From assembly GCA_004297215.1 (NCBI GenBank), contig SCUM01000001.1, positions 289,181-353,180 of the forward strand: DNA of 64,000 nt. The letters run 5' to 3'. Below, piece after piece: positions 63,423 through 64,000 of this stretch (position 1 is the first letter of the stretch; each line of letters starts with the position of its first letter). The translations under genes and the position numbers were made by a program. This DNA is from Patescibacteria group bacterium. GTDB lineage: Bacteria; Patescibacteriota; Patescibacteriia; UBA9934; GWF2-40-263. The notes under the pieces were generated by a model, which saw only the letters and a list, made by a program, of their open reading frames with translations, did not search any database and was not told the DNA's origin.

Positions 63423-64000
63423 CTAGTATAACACGCGCCGGAGCGACTCCCAGGTGAGCCGTGCGGTCTCGTCCCAGGAAAAGGCCGCCGCGCGGACGGG
63501 ACCTGTGGCGGCCAGGCGTTCCCGCAGGGAGGCGTCCTCTGCGACGCGACGCATGGCGGCTGCCGCCGCTTGCGCGTCACCGACCGGAACGAAAAGCGGG
63601 GCGTCTCCCCCGACCTCACGGAAGGGCGGGATGTCGGAGGCGATCACCGGCGTGCCGGCGCGCATGGCTTCGAGCGGCGCGATGCCGAACCCTTCGGCAC
63701 GGCTCAAGGCAAGGAGCGCCGTGGCGCTCGCGAGCGCGGAAGCGGCGACCGCTTCAGAGGCGTAACCTTCGAAACGGATCTTCTCGGCATACGGGCTCCT
63801 CGCCGCAAGCGTGCGCGCATCGGATGCCTGGTACCCGTCGCCGCCGAGGAAGCGCAGCTCGAACGGGTCGTCCGCGGGACGGGTCCGCTTGAACGCCTCG
63901 AAGGCGCGGACGGCCACGTCCGCGCCCTTCTTTTTCTCGACGCGACCCAGGACCAGGAAGAACGGGGCTGGCCTCGCGACCTCACCCATGCCCTCTCCTT
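63423..64000 (-). CDS. Family 1 glycosyltransferase, C-terminal part (the 5' end lies beyond the window)
   Basis: GT1 C-domain motifs RAEGFGIAPLEAMRAGTPVIASDI...FREV, with the E-x7-E region. Confidence 0.7.
   Translation of the reverse strand, partial: GEGMGEVARPAPFFLVLGRVEKKKGADVAVRAFEAFKRTRPADDPFELRFLGGDGYQASDARTLAARSPYAEKIRFEGYASEAVAASALASATALLALSRAEGFGIAPLEAMRAGTPVIASDIPPFREVGGDAPLFVPVGDAQAAAAAMRRVAEDASLRERLAATGPVRAAAFSWDETARLTWESLRRVLY

Overview
This is a ~64 kb, high-GC (about 65%) bacterial chromosomal segment with dense coding on both strands. Many genes are coupled by ATGA/4-nt overlaps or very short gaps, several use GTG/TTG starts, and Shine-Dalgarno sequences are often weak. Alongside the housekeeping core there are several accessory or unusual elements worth a second look.

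**Housekeeping core**
- Cell wall: murD, and separately mraY-ftsW-murG on the minus strand.
- Translation: typA/bipA, rpmA (L27), rplI (L9), rpmG (L33), frr and an archaeal-type GlyRS.
- tRNAs: Lys(UUU), Trp(CCA), Thr(GGU), Thr(UGU) and Tyr(GUA).
- Other: pyrG, tpiA, a prs-like gene, plsC, holB, a DEAD-box helicase, an M16 peptidase and an RlmI-like methyltransferase.

**Accessory or unusual content**
1. Two loci carry almost identical strong sigma70-type promoters (TTGACA-N17-TATAAA). Each is followed by a homologous leader: a GGAGTTCGAAG motif, then an SD and ATG, then a Val-rich micro-ORF embedded in an intrinsic terminator. Both loci drive members of a paralogous family of secreted Cys-rich lipoproteins with (GE)n linkers (three paralogs in the window); one locus also carries three unknown small or Pro-rich genes.
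2. A minus-strand signalling operon encodes a HAMP-PAS sensor with no output domain, a FIST protein, a PAS histidine kinase, a hemerythrin and a membrane protein. A separate 1037-aa multi-PAS/GAF histidine kinase lies nearby. There is no response regulator anywhere in the window.
3. A sigma-70 family protein carries a roughly 200-aa C-terminal extension.
4. A 1596-aa surface protein has five tandem ~88-aa repeats, FN3-like modules, two DUF4114-like modules and a C-terminal peptidoglycan-binding domain.
5. The tRNA/rpmG region contains a 5' fragment of tRNA-Thr interrupted by a structured 57-nt insert, a GIY-YIG nuclease gene, and 29-nt direct repeats.
6. Several repeat or palindrome families occur. 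The main ones are ATGTAGGATGAAGG-type intergenic palindromes (two loci) and AACTTGAAG-motif repeats that include a 31-bp inverted repeat. There are also a 36-bp perfect palindrome, a pyrimidine-rich 300-nt non-coding tract, and a candidate sRNA bounded by a promoter and a terminator.

The lineage cannot be assigned from sequence alone. It may be a high-GC uncultivated lineage. All calls are made by eye from motifs; no database search was possible.
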